Shown one piece after another: positions 35,649-46,404 of a stretch of DNA of 64,000 nucleotides. The stretch comes from Gammaproteobacteria bacterium. Lineage in GTDB: Bacteria > Pseudomonadota > Gammaproteobacteria > JABDGN01. Position numbers and translations under genes: made by a program. Where the stretch lies: the NCBI GenBank assembly GCA_013285995.1, contig JABDGN010000003.1, positions 5,317 through 69,316 of the forward strand, given 5' to 3'. The notes under the pieces were generated by a model, which ran no database searches, was not told the DNA's origin, and saw only the letters and a program-made list of their open reading frames with translations. Position 1 is the first letter of the stretch. Every line of letters starts with the position of its first letter.

Positions 35649-38093
35649 ATGCCCGATTCACAAGACAACATAATTTCCCAAACCCTCTGCGTCGTGCCCC
35701 TGCGTGATTTAATTATCATGCCGCATCGGATGCGACCCCTCTCTTTATTCGTCGGACGACGTAAGTCAGTCGTCGCGCTAGAGCGCGCCATGACCAGCAG
35801 TCAAAAAATTGTTTGCGTCGCACAAAAACAATTTAATGATGAAAATCCCAGCTTTGAAAATTTGTACCAGATAGGCACTGTTTGCCGCGTTTTACTGCGT
35901 TATCCGCTCGCGGATGGTACGGTCAAAATTGTTTTGGAAGGTGAAAGCCGTTGTGAAATTAAAGAATTTCATGACGATGGTGTAGCATTAACCGCCGATG
36001 TTAATATCATCACCGAAGCACAAGTCAGCGTCAAAGAACATGAAACAGTGTGTCGCGTTTTGCTAAGCGCCTTTGAAAATTATGTGCGCCTCAATCAAAA
36101 AATCCCCCCTGAATTTTTATTAGAGCTAGCTGGTCTTGATGACGCGGGTCGTTTGGCAGATACCATCGCCGCCTACATCAATATGAAATTGCCGGATCGA
36201 CAAGCCTTATTAAGCACAATTAATGTGGCTGAGCGCTTGGAAAAATTATTAGCGCTGCTCGAAGGGGAGCTAAATTTATTAGAAGTCGACAATCGTTTGC
36301 GCGAGCAAGTTAAAAAACAAATTGATAAAACCCAGCATGAATTTTATTTAAATGAACAGTTGAAGGCGATTCAAAAGGAATTGCACGGTGGCACTGAAAA
36401 CGAACTAACTGATTTACAAAAATTAGAGCAGCGTATTAAAGAAGCTGGCATGAGTGCTGAAGCGCAAGAAAAATCGCTCACGGAATTGAAAAAGTTAAAA
36501 GCGATGCCGGCTAATTCTTCCGAAGCCAGTGTGGCGCGCAATTATTTAGATTGGATGTTGCGTCTGCCCTGGCAAAAACGCAGCACCATTAAGCGCGATT
36601 TGAAAGCGGCAGAAAAAATTTTACATGCCGATCACTATGGGCTGGAAAAAGTTAAAGAGCGAATTTTAGAATATTTAGCAGTGACACAACGCGTAAAAGC
36701 ATTGAAAGGGCCCGTGTTGTGTTTAGTCGGTCCACCGGGCGTTGGTAAAACGTCCTTAGGTGAATCGATTGCCCGCGCAACTGGGCGTGAATTTGTGCGT
36801 TTGTCTTTGGGCGGCGTGCGCGATGAAGCAGAAATTCGCGGTCATCGCCGCACGTATATTGGTTCGATGCCAGGGCGCATTTTGCAAAAAATGGCTAAAA
36901 CAAAAGTCGTTAATCCCTTATTTTTGCTGGACGAAGTCGATAAAATGACGCGCGATTACCACGGTGATCCTAGTGCAGCGTTATTAGAAGTATTAGATCC
37001 GGAACAAAATAATAGTTTTAACGATCATTATTTAGATGTCGATTATGATTTGTCGCAAGTCATGTTTATTGCGACCGCCAATTCTTTAGATATTCCGCCG
37101 CCCTTATTAGATCGCATGGAAGTGATTCGCTTGAGTGGTTACACCGAAGATGAAAAAGTTCATATCGCTGAGCAGCATTTGATTCCGAAGCAAATTAAGG
37201 AAAATGGCTTAAAAGAAAAAGAATTAAAAATTTCGATTAGCGCTTTGCGTGACATGATTCGTTATTACACGCAAGAAGCGGGGGTACGCAATTTAGAGCG
37301 GGAAATCGCTAAAATCTGTCGAAAAATTGTCAAGGCAGCGCAACTTGAGAAGAAGTCTACGCAGCAGCGTGCGTGTTTGATTACGCCAAAAAATTTAGAA
37401 AAATATTTAGGCGTGCATCGTTATCGGCATGGTTTAGCTGAAAATCAAAATCGGGTCGGGCAGGTGACAGGTTTAGCCTGGACCGAAGCGGGCGGAGATC
37501 TATTAACGATTGAAGTGGCCACTGTACCCGGCAAAAGTAATGTGAAGCGTACCGGCAGTTTAGAAAATGTGATGTTGGAATCGATCGATGCGGCCGTGAC
37601 GGTGGTGCGCTCACGTGCTGCGCAATTAGGCTTGGAAGACTTTTATCCCAACACGGATATTCATTTTCATGTGCCAGCCGGGGCGATTAAAAAAGATGGT
37701 CCCAGTGCCGGGATTGCGATGTGCACAGCATTGGCTTCCAGCTTAACGCAAATTCCCGTGCGTGCCGATGTCGCGATGACGGGCGAAATTACTTTGCGCG
37801 GTGAATTATTGCCAATTGGTGGTTTGAAAGAAAAATTATTAGCCGCGCTGCGAGGTGGCATCAAATTAGTGATCATCCCTGCCGAAAATAAACGCGAATT
37901 ATCGGAAATTCCTGAACAAATTAAACAAGCGCTAGATATTCGTTTAGTGCGCTGGATCGATGAAGTATTTGCCTTAGCATTAGAAAGCCCACCCAAAGCA
38001 AAAGTTGTATTAGCTGATGCAATCGTTGAAGCTTTGCCCGCCGCGGCGATGGCACAAACTTCAAAACGCAATGAGAAGCGTAAAGTGCATTGA
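35649..38093 (+). CDS. lon: Lon protease
   Basis: GPPGVGKTS, GHRRTYIGSMPG, KDGPSAG, IGGLKEK. Confidence 0.98.
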   Translation: MPDSQDNIISQTLCVVPLRDLIIMPHRMRPLSLFVGRRKSVVALERAMTSSQKIVCVAQKQFNDENPSFENLYQIGTVCRVLLRYPLADGTVKIVLEGESRCEIKEFHDDGVALTADVNIITEAQVSVKEHETVCRVLLSAFENYVRLNQKIPPEFLLELAGLDDAGRLADTIAAYINMKLPDRQALLSTINVAERLEKLLALLEGELNLLEVDNRLREQVKKQIDKTQHEFYLNEQLKAIQKELHGGTENELTDLQKLEQRIKEAGMSAEAQEKSLTELKKLKAMPANSSEASVARNYLDWMLRLPWQKRSTIKRDLKAAEKILHADHYGLEKVKERILEYLAVTQRVKALKGPVLCLVGPPGVGKTSLGESIARATGREFVRLSLGGVRDEAEIRGHRRTYIGSMPGRILQKMAKTKVVNPLFLLDEVDKMTRDYHGDPSAALLEVLDPEQNNSFNDHYLDVDYDLSQVMFIATANSLDIPPPLLDRMEVIRLSGYTEDEKVHIAEQHLIPKQIKENGLKEKELKISISALRDMIRYYTQEAGVRNLEREIAKICRKIVKAAQLEKKSTQQRACLITPKNLEKYLGVHRYRHGLAENQNRVGQVTGLAWTEAGGDLLTIEVATVPGKSNVKRTGSLENVMLESIDAAVTVVRSRAAQLGLEDFYPNTDIHFHVPAGAIKKDGPSAGIAMCTALASSLTQIPVRADVAMTGEITLRGELLPIGGLKEKLLAALRGGIKLVIIPAENKRELSEIPEQIKQALDIRLVRWIDEVFALALESPPKAKVVLADAIVEALPAAAMAQTSKRNEKRKVH

Positions 38094-38232
38094 TTGTAGG
38101 TCGGCTTACGAGAGTTTCGCGATTAGCGAAACGAACAAGCCGACGCCAAAAAACGATGTCGGCTTGTTCGCTTGGTTTACGCCAAGCTCTCGTAAGCCGA
38201 CCTACGTTATGAGAAAATTTTTTAGAAATAAC

Positions 38233-38261
38233 TTGACCTAAGGGCGCCATACTGGTATAAA
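38233..38261 (+). promoter_or_regulatory. sigma70-like promoter of hupB
   Basis: TTGACC-17 nt-TATAAA with TG extension. Confidence 0.6.
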
Positions 38262-38303
38262 TCTCGTCCCTAAAAATTTGCCCCGTTAGTGAGGATGCAG
38301 GCA

Positions 38304-38576
38304 GTGAATAAAGCAGAATTAATTGACAATATTGCTGCAAAAGCGGATTTATCAAAAGCCGATGCAGGTCGCGCCTTAGATGCCGTTTTGGAAAGCATTA
38401 CCGAATCTTTAAAAAGCGGTACCGACGTTGCCTTAGTAGGGTTTGGCACTTTTCATGTAAAAAAACGTGCCGCGCGCAAAGGACGCAATCCGAAAACGGG
38501 CGCAGAGATCGAAATCAAAGCCGCCAATGTACCGGATTTTAAAGCCGGGAAGGCGTTGAAAGACGCAGTTAATTGA
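38304..38576 (+). CDS. hupB: DNA-binding protein HU
   Basis: (V)NKAELI...GFGTF...[12 protein letters not shown]...[12 protein letters not shown]; located after lon. Confidence 0.95.
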   Translation: MNKAELIDNIAAKADLSKADAGRALDAVLESITESLKSGTDVALVGFGTFHVKKRAARKGRNPKTGAEIEIKAANVPDFKAGKALKDAVN

Positions 38577-38870
38577 GTTGTGAGTTGTGGGTTGTCAGTT
38601 GTGAGAGAATTTAGTTGTGAGTTGTGAGTTGTGAGAAAAAGCAAAATCTTTTTTCTTATAAATGTTTCTTGCGATACACAGTCATGAGATCTCACAACTC
38701 ATGCCTCACAACTAATATTGCGGGTGCTTAGCTCAGTTGGTAGAGCATCGCCCTTACAAGGCGAGGGTCGGGGGTTCGAACCCCTCAGCACCCACCATTT
38801 ATTAAGTTGTGGGTTGTGGGTTGTCAGTTGTGAGTAAATTATCTCACAACTCATGCCTCACAACTCACAG
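38575..38870. repeat. heptamer GTTGTG(A/G) arrays and inverse CTCACAA arrays flanking tRNA genes
   Basis: GAGTTGTGAGTTGTGGGTTGTCAGTTGTGAG ... CTCACAACTCATGCCTCACAAC, present twice. Confidence 0.8.
38722..38797 (+). tRNA. tRNA-Val(TAC)
   Basis: GGGTGCT...AGCACCC-A-CCA; anticodon loop CTTACAA. Confidence 0.97.
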
Positions 38871-38882
38871 CTAATATCCAGC

Positions 38883-38959
38883 GGAGTGGTAGTTCAGCTG
38901 GTTAGAATACCGGCCTGTCACGCCGGGGGTCGCGGGTTCGAACCCCGTCCACTCCGCCA
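38883..38959 (+). tRNA. tRNA-Asp(GTC)
   Basis: GGAGTGG...CCACTCC-G-CCA; CCGGC-CTGTCAC-GCCGG. Confidence 0.97.
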
Positions 38960-39082
38960 TATTCTTAAGGATTGGGGATTAATAAAACCGTAGGGGCGGG
39001 GCTTGACCCGCCCATTGCGGGACGGTCAAGCCCGTCCCCTACAGGTTTTTATAATCCTCAATCCTTCTTTCTGAGGGACTCT

Positions 39083-40996
39083 ATGTTACAACGCATGCGC
39101 GATGGTATTCAAGGTTGGATTGCGTGGATCATCATCATCGCTATCATCGCTTCCCTTTGCCTCTTAGGCGTCAATTATTATCTGCATGGCCAGAGTGGCA
39201 ACAGTAATGCGGTGGCTCAGGTTGACGACACCGTCATTACACAACAGCAATTAACTAATGCCTATAATCGGGCCCGCAGTCAACAAGTCGATTTACCCGC
39301 TAATTCTGCTGCTGAACAACAATTGCGGCACGATGTATTACAAAAATTAGTCGACCAAGCCTTAACGCAAAATATTGCGCAAGCCAATGGGTTTAGTATT
39401 TCGCGCGAGCAAGTCGATAATTTAATTGCACAAATTCCTGCGTTTCAAACTAATGGCCAATTCTCATCTGACCGTTTCGCGGCGATTTTAAGCCAACTTA
39501 ACTATACGCCACCGCAATTTATGGATGAAATGCGTTCCGGCATGTTGATTAACCAATTAGAAGGGGGCTTGGCAATCTCAAGCTTTGCCTTGCCTAGTGA
39601 AATTGCTGGCACGATTCAAATGGTTAAGCAAACCCGCGATTTTAGTTACACCCAAATTCCGGTGACTCAGTATTTAAAGAAAGTGACGGTAACTACGGAT
39701 CAAGCGCAACAATATTATGTTGCTCATCAAAATGATTTCCTCACCCCCGAAAAAGTGCAGGTTAATTATTTAATGTTGACGGGTGCTAATGTGGCTGCGG
39801 GTATCAAACCCAGCGCAGCTGACTTGCAACAGTTTTATCAAACCAATATCAGTAATTATTCGCAACCCGCGCAATGGAAAATTGCTCATATCGTGATTCG
39901 TGTAGATGGCAATGATCCAAAAGCGATTGCTAAAGAATTAGAGACAATTGAAACCGCCATCAAAGCAGGAGCTGATTTTGGCTCACTTGCGAAAAAATAT
40001 TCTGATGATCCTTTGTCAGCGCGACAAGGCGGTGTATTGCCGTGGGTATCAGCCGGTACCTTGCCGCAAGCTGTACAAGCTGCCGTGATGAATTTGAAAG
40101 TCGGGGAAGTTTCCGCGCCCGTAAAAAATGCGACGGAAGATAGTTACGAAATTATTAAATTATTAGATCTTAAAAAACCGACCGTGACACCGTTTGCGCA
40201 AGTGAAAACGGCGGTTCAACAAGCCTATATACAACAACAAACGCAACAGCAATTAGCCAATGCCGCGCAACAATTACAAGATTTAACCTTCCAAAATCCA
40301 GATTCTTTGCAAGCAGCGGCGCAAGCTTTAAATTTAAAAGTACAAACTTCCGATTGGTTATTGCGCAATACGCCGCCCACGCAAGGTGTATTTAGCAACA
40401 CTAATTTATTTCAAGCGGCTTTCAGTGATCAACTGCGCAGTGGTACGAATAGTGATGTATTGTATCCGGATCAAACCACGGCCATCGTACTGCGGGTGAA
40501 AGATTATCAAGCGGCGCAACCGATTCCATTCGCGCAGGTACAGGCGAAGATTACCCAGTTATTGACGGAGCAAGCCAGTGCCCAACAAGCGCAAGCGTTT
40601 GCCGATCGCTTAGTGAAAGCATTGCAAGATGGTCAAACGTTAGCGCAATTAACGGCGGCTTATGGTGTGAAGTGGAGTGGGGTGAGTAAAGCCGATCGAC
40701 ACAGTCAGAAGGTGAATTCATTGATTTTACAAACGGCGTTCAATGTGCCGCGTCCTGCCAAAGGTGCGATTTCTGCCACCAACGTGACTTTACCAACGCA
40801 ACAAATCGCGGTGATTGCTGTGACGGCGGTTTATGATAACAGCTCAAAAATAGCGCCCTTACCAGCAGAGCAAAAGATTTATCAAACGCAACTGCAAAAT
40901 TATTACAGCCAATTCGCGCAAACCGAATTGCTTAATTACTATCGTCGCCAGGCAGATGTGAAAATTTATCAGCAGCAGATGCAGGCGGATAGTTAG
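39083..40996 (+). CDS. ppiD: periplasmic chaperone / peptidyl-prolyl isomerase PpiD
   Basis: MLQRMRD plus N-terminal TM segment, parvulin HI...F..LAKKYS.D..SA..GG.L.W; follows hupB-tRNAs. Confidence 0.92.
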   Translation: MLQRMRDGIQGWIAWIIIIAIIASLCLLGVNYYLHGQSGNSNAVAQVDDTVITQQQLTNAYNRARSQQVDLPANSAAEQQLRHDVLQKLVDQALTQNIAQANGFSISREQVDNLIAQIPAFQTNGQFSSDRFAAILSQLNYTPPQFMDEMRSGMLINQLEGGLAISSFALPSEIAGTIQMVKQTRDFSYTQIPVTQYLKKVTVTTDQAQQYYVAHQNDFLTPEKVQVNYLMLTGANVAAGIKPSAADLQQFYQTNISNYSQPAQWKIAHIVIRVDGNDPKAIAKELETIETAIKAGADFGSLAKKYSDDPLSARQGGVLPWVSAGTLPQAVQAAVMNLKVGEVSAPVKNATEDSYEIIKLLDLKKPTVTPFAQVKTAVQQAYIQQQTQQQLANAAQQLQDLTFQNPDSLQAAAQALNLKVQTSDWLLRNTPPTQGVFSNTNLFQAAFSDQLRSGTNSDVLYPDQTTAIVLRVKDYQAAQPIPFAQVQAKITQLLTEQASAQQAQAFADRLVKALQDGQTLAQLTAAYGVKWSGVSKADRHSQKVNSLILQTAFNVPRPAKGAISATNVTLPTQQIAVIAVTAVYDNSSKIAPLPAEQKIYQTQLQNYYSQFAQTELLNYYRRQADVKIYQQQMQADS

Positions 40997-41113
40997 GATT
41001 CGTAGGTCGGCTTCCCGAGCTTCGCATCAAGCGAAGTGAGTAAGCCGACATTTGTTGTCGGCTTGTTCGTTTTGCCTATCGGCAAAACTCCGGAAGCCGA
41101 CCTACGCCTAAAA

Positions 41114-42424
41114 TCATCCTCTCACTTGCAGCTTTTCCCCCACCTGCAACGGCTTCCGCGGATTTAATTGATTCAAACTTACTAACTGTTTCACACTCAT
41201 CTTATGCCGTTCGGCAATGCCCGACAGCGTATCACCCGCTTTCACCCGATAAACTACTGTCCCTCCCAAACCAGGTTCGCGCTCATGCATCAAGAAATTA
41301 CGCGAGGTAGCGTGAGCACTGACCGGTGGGGGAGACGTGGGCACTAACAACACTTGGCCGGTATGCAATTTATCGGTGACCAATTGATTACTAGCGCGAA
41401 TTAAATCAATTGTAGTGTGGTAACGTTGGGCCACTTTTTCGATGGTGTCATGGCGTTTTACTGTGTAATTTTGCCATTTAATATTATTTAATTCAGCGAT
41501 GCCATCGGTGAATTGTTGCTCTTGAGCGGCGGGTACCACGATGTGATAGGTATGATTCGGTGCGCTGGCAGAGCGATTAAAGCCAGGATTTAATTGATAA
41601 AACTCCTGCATACTGATGCCAGCTAATTGGGCGGCTTCAGTCAAATCAATTTGCGAATGCACGGTTACAAAGGCTAAATAAGGTTTATCCGGCGTAGCAG
41701 GCCAATCAATCGGGTACTTTTTCTGATCTTGCAAAATAATCGCCAAAGCTAGTAATTTAGGCACATATTGCCGGGTTTGTTCGGGCAAACGCAAATCCCA
41801 AAAGTCGGTCGGCAAGCCGCGTGCTGAATTGCGAGCAATCGCATTTTGCACGGTCCCTTCACCGGCGTTATAAGCGGCAATCGCTAAATACCAATCGCCA
41901 TTAAAATATTGTTTTAAGTAAGCTAAGTAATCCAGCGCTGCTTGCGTGGAAGCAAAAATATCACGTCTTCCGTCGTACCACCAATCACGTTTTACTTTGT
42001 AATAACTGGCTGTACCGGGTAAAAATTGCCATAAACCGGAAGCACCTGAAGGCGAGTGCGCATAAGGATTGTAAGCACTTTCGACAATCGGCAATAAGGC
42101 TAATTCGCCGGGCATATTACGCGTTTTAACTTGCTGTTGGATATAATAAATATAGGGGCTGCCACGGGTGGCGGAATGGACCAGGAAATCCTGATGCGAC
42201 ATATACCAATCAATTTGCGCTTGAACTTCGGAACGATTAGCATATTCATTCAGTGAAAAATTTTTATCTAAAACGCGCCATATATTCGTTTCAGTTTCAC
42301 CCGTTGTAGGATTTACAAACTCGGGCGAAGGTTGGCTAGCATGCCCAAACGGCATAAAAGAAGTGCTGCTGCTGCAAGCAGAAAGACTTAAAGCGATAAT
42401 GACGGCTAAGGCTAATTTTTTCAC
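41114..42424 (-). CDS. mltD: membrane-bound lytic murein transglycosylase D
   Basis: Lipobox LSAC, LPIVESAY, GLWQF, AAYNAGEG, two LysM repeats. Confidence 0.93.
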   Translation of the reverse strand: MKKLALAVIIALSLSACSSSTSFMPFGHASQPSPEFVNPTTGETETNIWRVLDKNFSLNEYANRSEVQAQIDWYMSHQDFLVHSATRGSPYIYYIQQQVKTRNMPGELALLPIVESAYNPYAHSPSGASGLWQFLPGTASYYKVKRDWWYDGRRDIFASTQAALDYLAYLKQYFNGDWYLAIAAYNAGEGTVQNAIARNSARGLPTDFWDLRLPEQTRQYVPKLLALAIILQDQKKYPIDWPATPDKPYLAFVTVHSQIDLTEAAQLAGISMQEFYQLNPGFNRSASAPNHTYHIVVPAAQEQQFTDGIAELNNIKWQNYTVKRHDTIEKVAQRYHTTIDLIRASNQLVTDKLHTGQVLLVPTSPPPVSAHATSRNFLMHEREPGLGGTVVYRVKAGDTLSGIAERHKMSVKQLVSLNQLNPRKPLQVGEKLQVRG

Positions 42425-42534
42425 TCGCGCATGGTACGGTGATGGGCGCTGAAAATCAAGTAGTAATTGAATTGATTTCTTTCAAAACTCTAGGGTTTTA
42501 CAAGAAACCTAGAATTTTAAGGTATACTAACACG

Positions 42535-43194
42535 ATGCAACTTTTCAATGATCATTATCATGGCTTTCTTAACTGGTTGGCAACGCCCACCGGACGTCGG
42601 TTTTTGGACCTTGAATTAGCGCAGTTTATCAAGCCTATGCAAGGCAGCCATGGCAATCAATTATTATTAATTGGTAATGCTGTTTTTCATCCCTTGCTCA
42701 AAGAGGGATGTTTTGCGAATACCCATGCTATTGGCCTCAATCAGTTAAAGAAAAAGTTACCTTATCCGGATGAGAAATTTGACTGCATTATCTTGCCGCA
42801 TGTTTTAGAGTTTGTGGCCGAACCGGAACTCATTGTGAAAGAAATGCAACGACTTTTATATCCCGAAGGAAGTCTATTGATCAGCGGTTTTTATCCACGC
42901 AGTTTTTCCCGTTTACTGCACAACTTCACGACGAGTAAACCGAAGCGCCATGATCGCGCTGCTGCAATACCGGTACGCAATTTAACTAAACAATTGCAAG
43001 CCATTGAGTTAGAAGAGATTCAATGTACGGCTTTTGCGCTTGGAAAATGGTATCGGTATTTGCCACTTTTTCCAACGGCCTATGTCATTAAAGCTGCTGA
43101 ACGCCGCGAAGGGCTTACGCCTTTGCGGAGTCGTGCACAAATTATTAAGCCGCGTTTTGCTACTGGCACAAGTCTCGCCTATGAAAAAAGTTGA
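42535..43194 (+). CDS. SAM-dependent methyltransferase-like protein (YafS type)
   Basis: [23 protein letters not shown]; located between mltD and rnhA. Confidence 0.8.
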   Translation: MQLFNDHYHGFLNWLATPTGRRFLDLELAQFIKPMQGSHGNQLLLIGNAVFHPLLKEGCFANTHAIGLNQLKKKLPYPDEKFDCIILPHVLEFVAEPELIVKEMQRLLYPEGSLLISGFYPRSFSRLLHNFTTSKPKRHDRAAAIPVRNLTKQLQAIELEEIQCTAFALGKWYRYLPLFPTAYVIKAAERREGLTPLRSRAQIIKPRFATGTSLAYEKS

Positions 43195-43663
43195 AATTTT
43201 TACTGATGGTGCCTGCCAAGGTAATCCTGGGCCCGGCGGCTGGGGCGCGATTTTACGTTATGGTGAAACGGAAAAAGAATTATCCGGTGCTGTTTCTGAC
43301 ACTACCAATAATCGCATGGAGTTAACGGCTGCGATTGAAGCACTCAAGGCTTTAAAAAAACCGTGCGAAGTGAGCTTAAGCACTGATTCGAAATACGTAC
43401 AAGAGGGTATCCAAAAGTATATTCACAACTGGAAAAAAAATGGTTGGAAAACAGCTAATAAAAATGCCGTTAAAAATGCCGATTTATGGCAACAGCTTGA
43501 TGCAGTCGCTAGTCAACATGCAGTACAGTGGCATTGGGTGAAAGGGCATAATGGGCATCTGGAAAATGAACGGGCGGATCAATTGGCGGTGCAGGCAGTA
43601 AAAAATATGCTAAATAAAAATCCCCCCTGCCCCCCTTTTCCAAAGGGGGGATCTCTTATTTGA
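43181..43663 (+). CDS. rnhA: ribonuclease HI
   Basis: [37 protein letters not shown]. Confidence 0.97.
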   Translation: MKKVEIFTDGACQGNPGPGGWGAILRYGETEKELSGAVSDTTNNRMELTAAIEALKALKKPCEVSLSTDSKYVQEGIQKYIHNWKKNGWKTANKNAVKNADLWQQLDAVASQHAVQWHWVKGHNGHLENERADQLAVQAVKNMLNKNPPCPPFPKGGSLI

Positions 43664-43843
43664 TTTCCCCCTTTTCCAAAGGGGGGATCTCTTATTTGAT
43701 TTCCCCCTTTTCCAGAGGGGGGATCTCTTATTTGATTTCCCCCTTTTCCAAAGGGGGGATCTCTTATTTGATTTCCCCCTTTTCCAAAGGGGGGATCTCT
43801 TATTTGATTTCCCCCTTTGAAAAAGGGGGATTAAGGGGGATTT
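43619..43843. repeat. 36-bp tandem repeat (5 units plus terminal variant) of a palindromic CCCCCTTTTCCAAAGGGGGG element
   Basis: Unit CCCCCTTTTCCAAAGGGGGGATCTCTTATTTGATTT repeated head-to-tail without unique spacers. Confidence 0.92.
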
Positions 43844-43855
43844 AAGAAATTAATT

Positions 43856-44542
43856 ATGTCACGACAAATTGTACTAGATACCGAAACCACCGGCCTTGAA
43901 CCCTCGAAAGGCCATCGCATCGTGGAAATTGGGTGCATTGAAATTATCAATCGCCAAATCACCGAGCGTTATTTTCATCACTATCTTAATCCCGAACGCG
44001 CCATTGAAGCCGGCGCACAAATGGTGCATGGCATTACCGATGACTTACTAAAAGATAAACCTAAATTCAGCGAAATCATTGATGAGTTATTAGCCTTTAT
44101 AAAAGATGCCGAAGTGATTATCCACAATGCACCGTTTGATGTAGGATTTTTGAATCACGAACTCAAACTCAGCAAACGCAAATTAGGCGTAATCACAGAT
44201 TATTGTCGTGTCACCGACACATTAGCCATGGCGCGCGAAATGCACCCGGGGCAGCGCAATAATTTGGATGCTTTGTGCAAGCGTTATGGAGTGGATAATT
44301 CCAATCGCGATTTGCATGGTGGTTTGCTGGATGCTGAATTACTTGCTTTAACTTATTTGGCGATGACTTCCGGGCAAGATAGTTTGTTTGCGGAACTGGA
44401 AGTGAATGATAAACCCACTGCGGCTGAAACACGTGTGACAACTAGCGTTAACAATGCTTTGCCAGTGTTGGCTGCGAACGCTGAAGAATTAACCGCGCAT
44501 AGCGATATTATGCAGCGCTTAGTGAAAGCGGACCTGTGGTGA
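43856..44542 (+). CDS. dnaQ: DNA polymerase III epsilon subunit
   Basis: RQIVLDTETTG, HNAPFDVGFL, LHG.LLDAELLA, MT.GQ.SLF clamp-binding motif. Confidence 0.97.
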   Translation: MSRQIVLDTETTGLEPSKGHRIVEIGCIEIINRQITERYFHHYLNPERAIEAGAQMVHGITDDLLKDKPKFSEIIDELLAFIKDAEVIIHNAPFDVGFLNHELKLSKRKLGVITDYCRVTDTLAMAREMHPGQRNNLDALCKRYGVDNSNRDLHGGLLDAELLALTYLAMTSGQDSLFAELEVNDKPTAAETRVTTSVNNALPVLAANAEELTAHSDIMQRLVKADLW

Positions 44543-44661
44543 TTTCGTCATCACTTGGTAATGTAGGTCGGCTTCCCGAGTTTCGCTTTAGCGAAGCGAG
44601 TAAGCCGACATTATGTGTCGGCTTGTTCATCTCGCCTTACGGCGAAACTCCGGAAGCCGAC

Positions 44662-45111
44662 CTACGCTGCATCTCCAATTGCCTCCAACACTTCCTCCAC
44701 ATGTCCTGTGACCTTGACATTGCGCCATTCTTTGATGAGCTTACCCCCTTTAAATAAAAACGTACTGCGATCGACGCCTAAATATTCTTTGCCATAAAGC
44801 TTTTTCATTTTCATCACCTCAAAATGCTGACAAAGTTTTTCTTCCGGGTCGCTGATCAGCGCAAAGGGAAACTCAAACTGACATTTAAATTTATCGTGTG
44901 ATTTGAGACTGTCACGCGATACGCCATAGACGCTCGCACCTAATTTGCTAAATTTTTTAAAATGCTTGGCAAAATCCTGGCCTTCTAAGGTACAGCCTGG
45001 CGTATTATCTTTGGGGTAAAAATATACGACCAAATAAGGGGTTTCAACTTCGCTGAGTTTGACTTCGCCTTGTGTAGTAGATAAAGTAAAGTCAGGTAAT
45101 TTTTTGTTCAT
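44662..45111 (-). CDS. bcp: peroxiredoxin Bcp/PrxQ
   Basis: YFYPKDNTPGCT.E, RSTFL. Confidence 0.92.
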   Translation of the reverse strand: MNKKLPDFTLSTTQGEVKLSEVETPYLVVYFYPKDNTPGCTLEGQDFAKHFKKFSKLGASVYGVSRDSLKSHDKFKCQFEFPFALISDPEEKLCQHFEVMKMKKLYGKEYLGVDRSTFLFKGGKLIKEWRNVKVTGHVEEVLEAIGDAA

Positions 45112-45300
45112 TTAACGTTGTCCTATTTAGTTAAGAACTCCGTCGTCATTCCCGCCCCCGTCTTCACGAGGGTAAACTCCAGCGGGAATCCAGAAATAAA
45201 GTAAACAATTTGAATTAAAGGCTGGATCCCCGCTTTCGCGGGGATGACGGGGTGAAGTTAATATGATACCATACTGCCTCTTTTTAAAAGGCCTTAATTT

Positions 45301-46188
45301 ATGTCTAAAAGCCACAAATTTACTGGCAGCTTCGTCGCGCTCATCACCCCCATGCAGGCAGATGGCGCAGTTGATTTTCCAGCGTTGGATCGTTTGGTCG
45401 ATTTTCATTTAGCCAACCAAACCGATGGTATTGTGGTGCTCGGCACTACGGGTGAGGCGCCGACCATTACCAAAGCTGAATTTCCCGTGGTGATCAGCCA
45501 CGTCCTTAAACGAGTCAATAAAAAAATCCCGGTGATCGCCGGAGCTGGCAAAAATGCCACGGCCGAAACCGTACATCTGGCACAAGAAGTGAGCCAGTTA
45601 GGCGTGGATGGTTTACTGATCGTCACACCGTATTACAATCGCCCCACTCAAGAAGGCTTGTATCAACACTATATGAAAATTGCGGAAGCAGTTGATTTAC
45701 CACAGATTTTGTATAATGTTCCAGGTCGTACCGGCTGCGATTTATTGCCCGCCACCGTGGCACGTTTAACCAAAGCGATGCCGCATATTATCGGTATTAA
45801 AGAAGTCGTGAGTGTTGAACGCGTTAAACAATTAGTAGAGCAGTGTGGTGATATTGCGATTTATTGCGGTGATGATCCCAACAATTTGCCGTATTTACAA
45901 GCCGGCGCCTGTGGCTTAATTTCAGTGACTGCTAATGTTGCACCCAAAGCGCTGCACGACATGTGTGCCGCTTGTTTTGCCGGTGATTTAAAGCAAGCTG
46001 AAAAAATTCATCAGCAGCTGGGCTTATTGAATAAAGATTTATTTATCGAATCAAGCCCCGCGCCAACTAAGTGGGTTTTGCAGCAAATGGGCTTAATCGA
46101 AAATAATTTACGTTTACCGTTGGTGCCTTTGAGCGACAGAAGTCAGGCAGCAGTGCGTGAAGCGATGCAAGTCGCAGAAATAATTTAA
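45301..46188 (+). CDS. dapA: 4-hydroxy-tetrahydrodipicolinate synthase
   Basis: GTTGE, TPYYNRPTQEG, LYNVPGRTG, GIKE. Confidence 0.96.
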   Translation: MSKSHKFTGSFVALITPMQADGAVDFPALDRLVDFHLANQTDGIVVLGTTGEAPTITKAEFPVVISHVLKRVNKKIPVIAGAGKNATAETVHLAQEVSQLGVDGLLIVTPYYNRPTQEGLYQHYMKIAEAVDLPQILYNVPGRTGCDLLPATVARLTKAMPHIIGIKEVVSVERVKQLVEQCGDIAIYCGDDPNNLPYLQAGACGLISVTANVAPKALHDMCAACFAGDLKQAEKIHQQLGLLNKDLFIESSPAPTKWVLQQMGLIENNLRLPLVPLSDRSQAAVREAMQVAEII

Positions 46189-46404
46189 TGTGGTTGTTGT
46201 TTGCGTCATCCCGGAAATTGCCCCCGTTTTCACGAGGGTAAACTCCGCAATTATCCGGGATCCAGGTATTATCCCCGCGAAAGCGGGGACCCAGCATTAA
46301 AAAATGCCTGGATTCCCGCCTTCGCGGGAATGACGTGAAATGTTGGTTTGTTCATTTCACCGTTGGCAAAATTTAGCAAGCCAACTTTACTTGGATTTTT
46401 TAAT

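Noticed and set aside
43619..43843. CRISPR array
   Set aside because: Units are head-to-tail with identical intervening sequence, there are no unique spacers and no cas genes; the 61-aa ORF 43660-43845 is only the repeat translated
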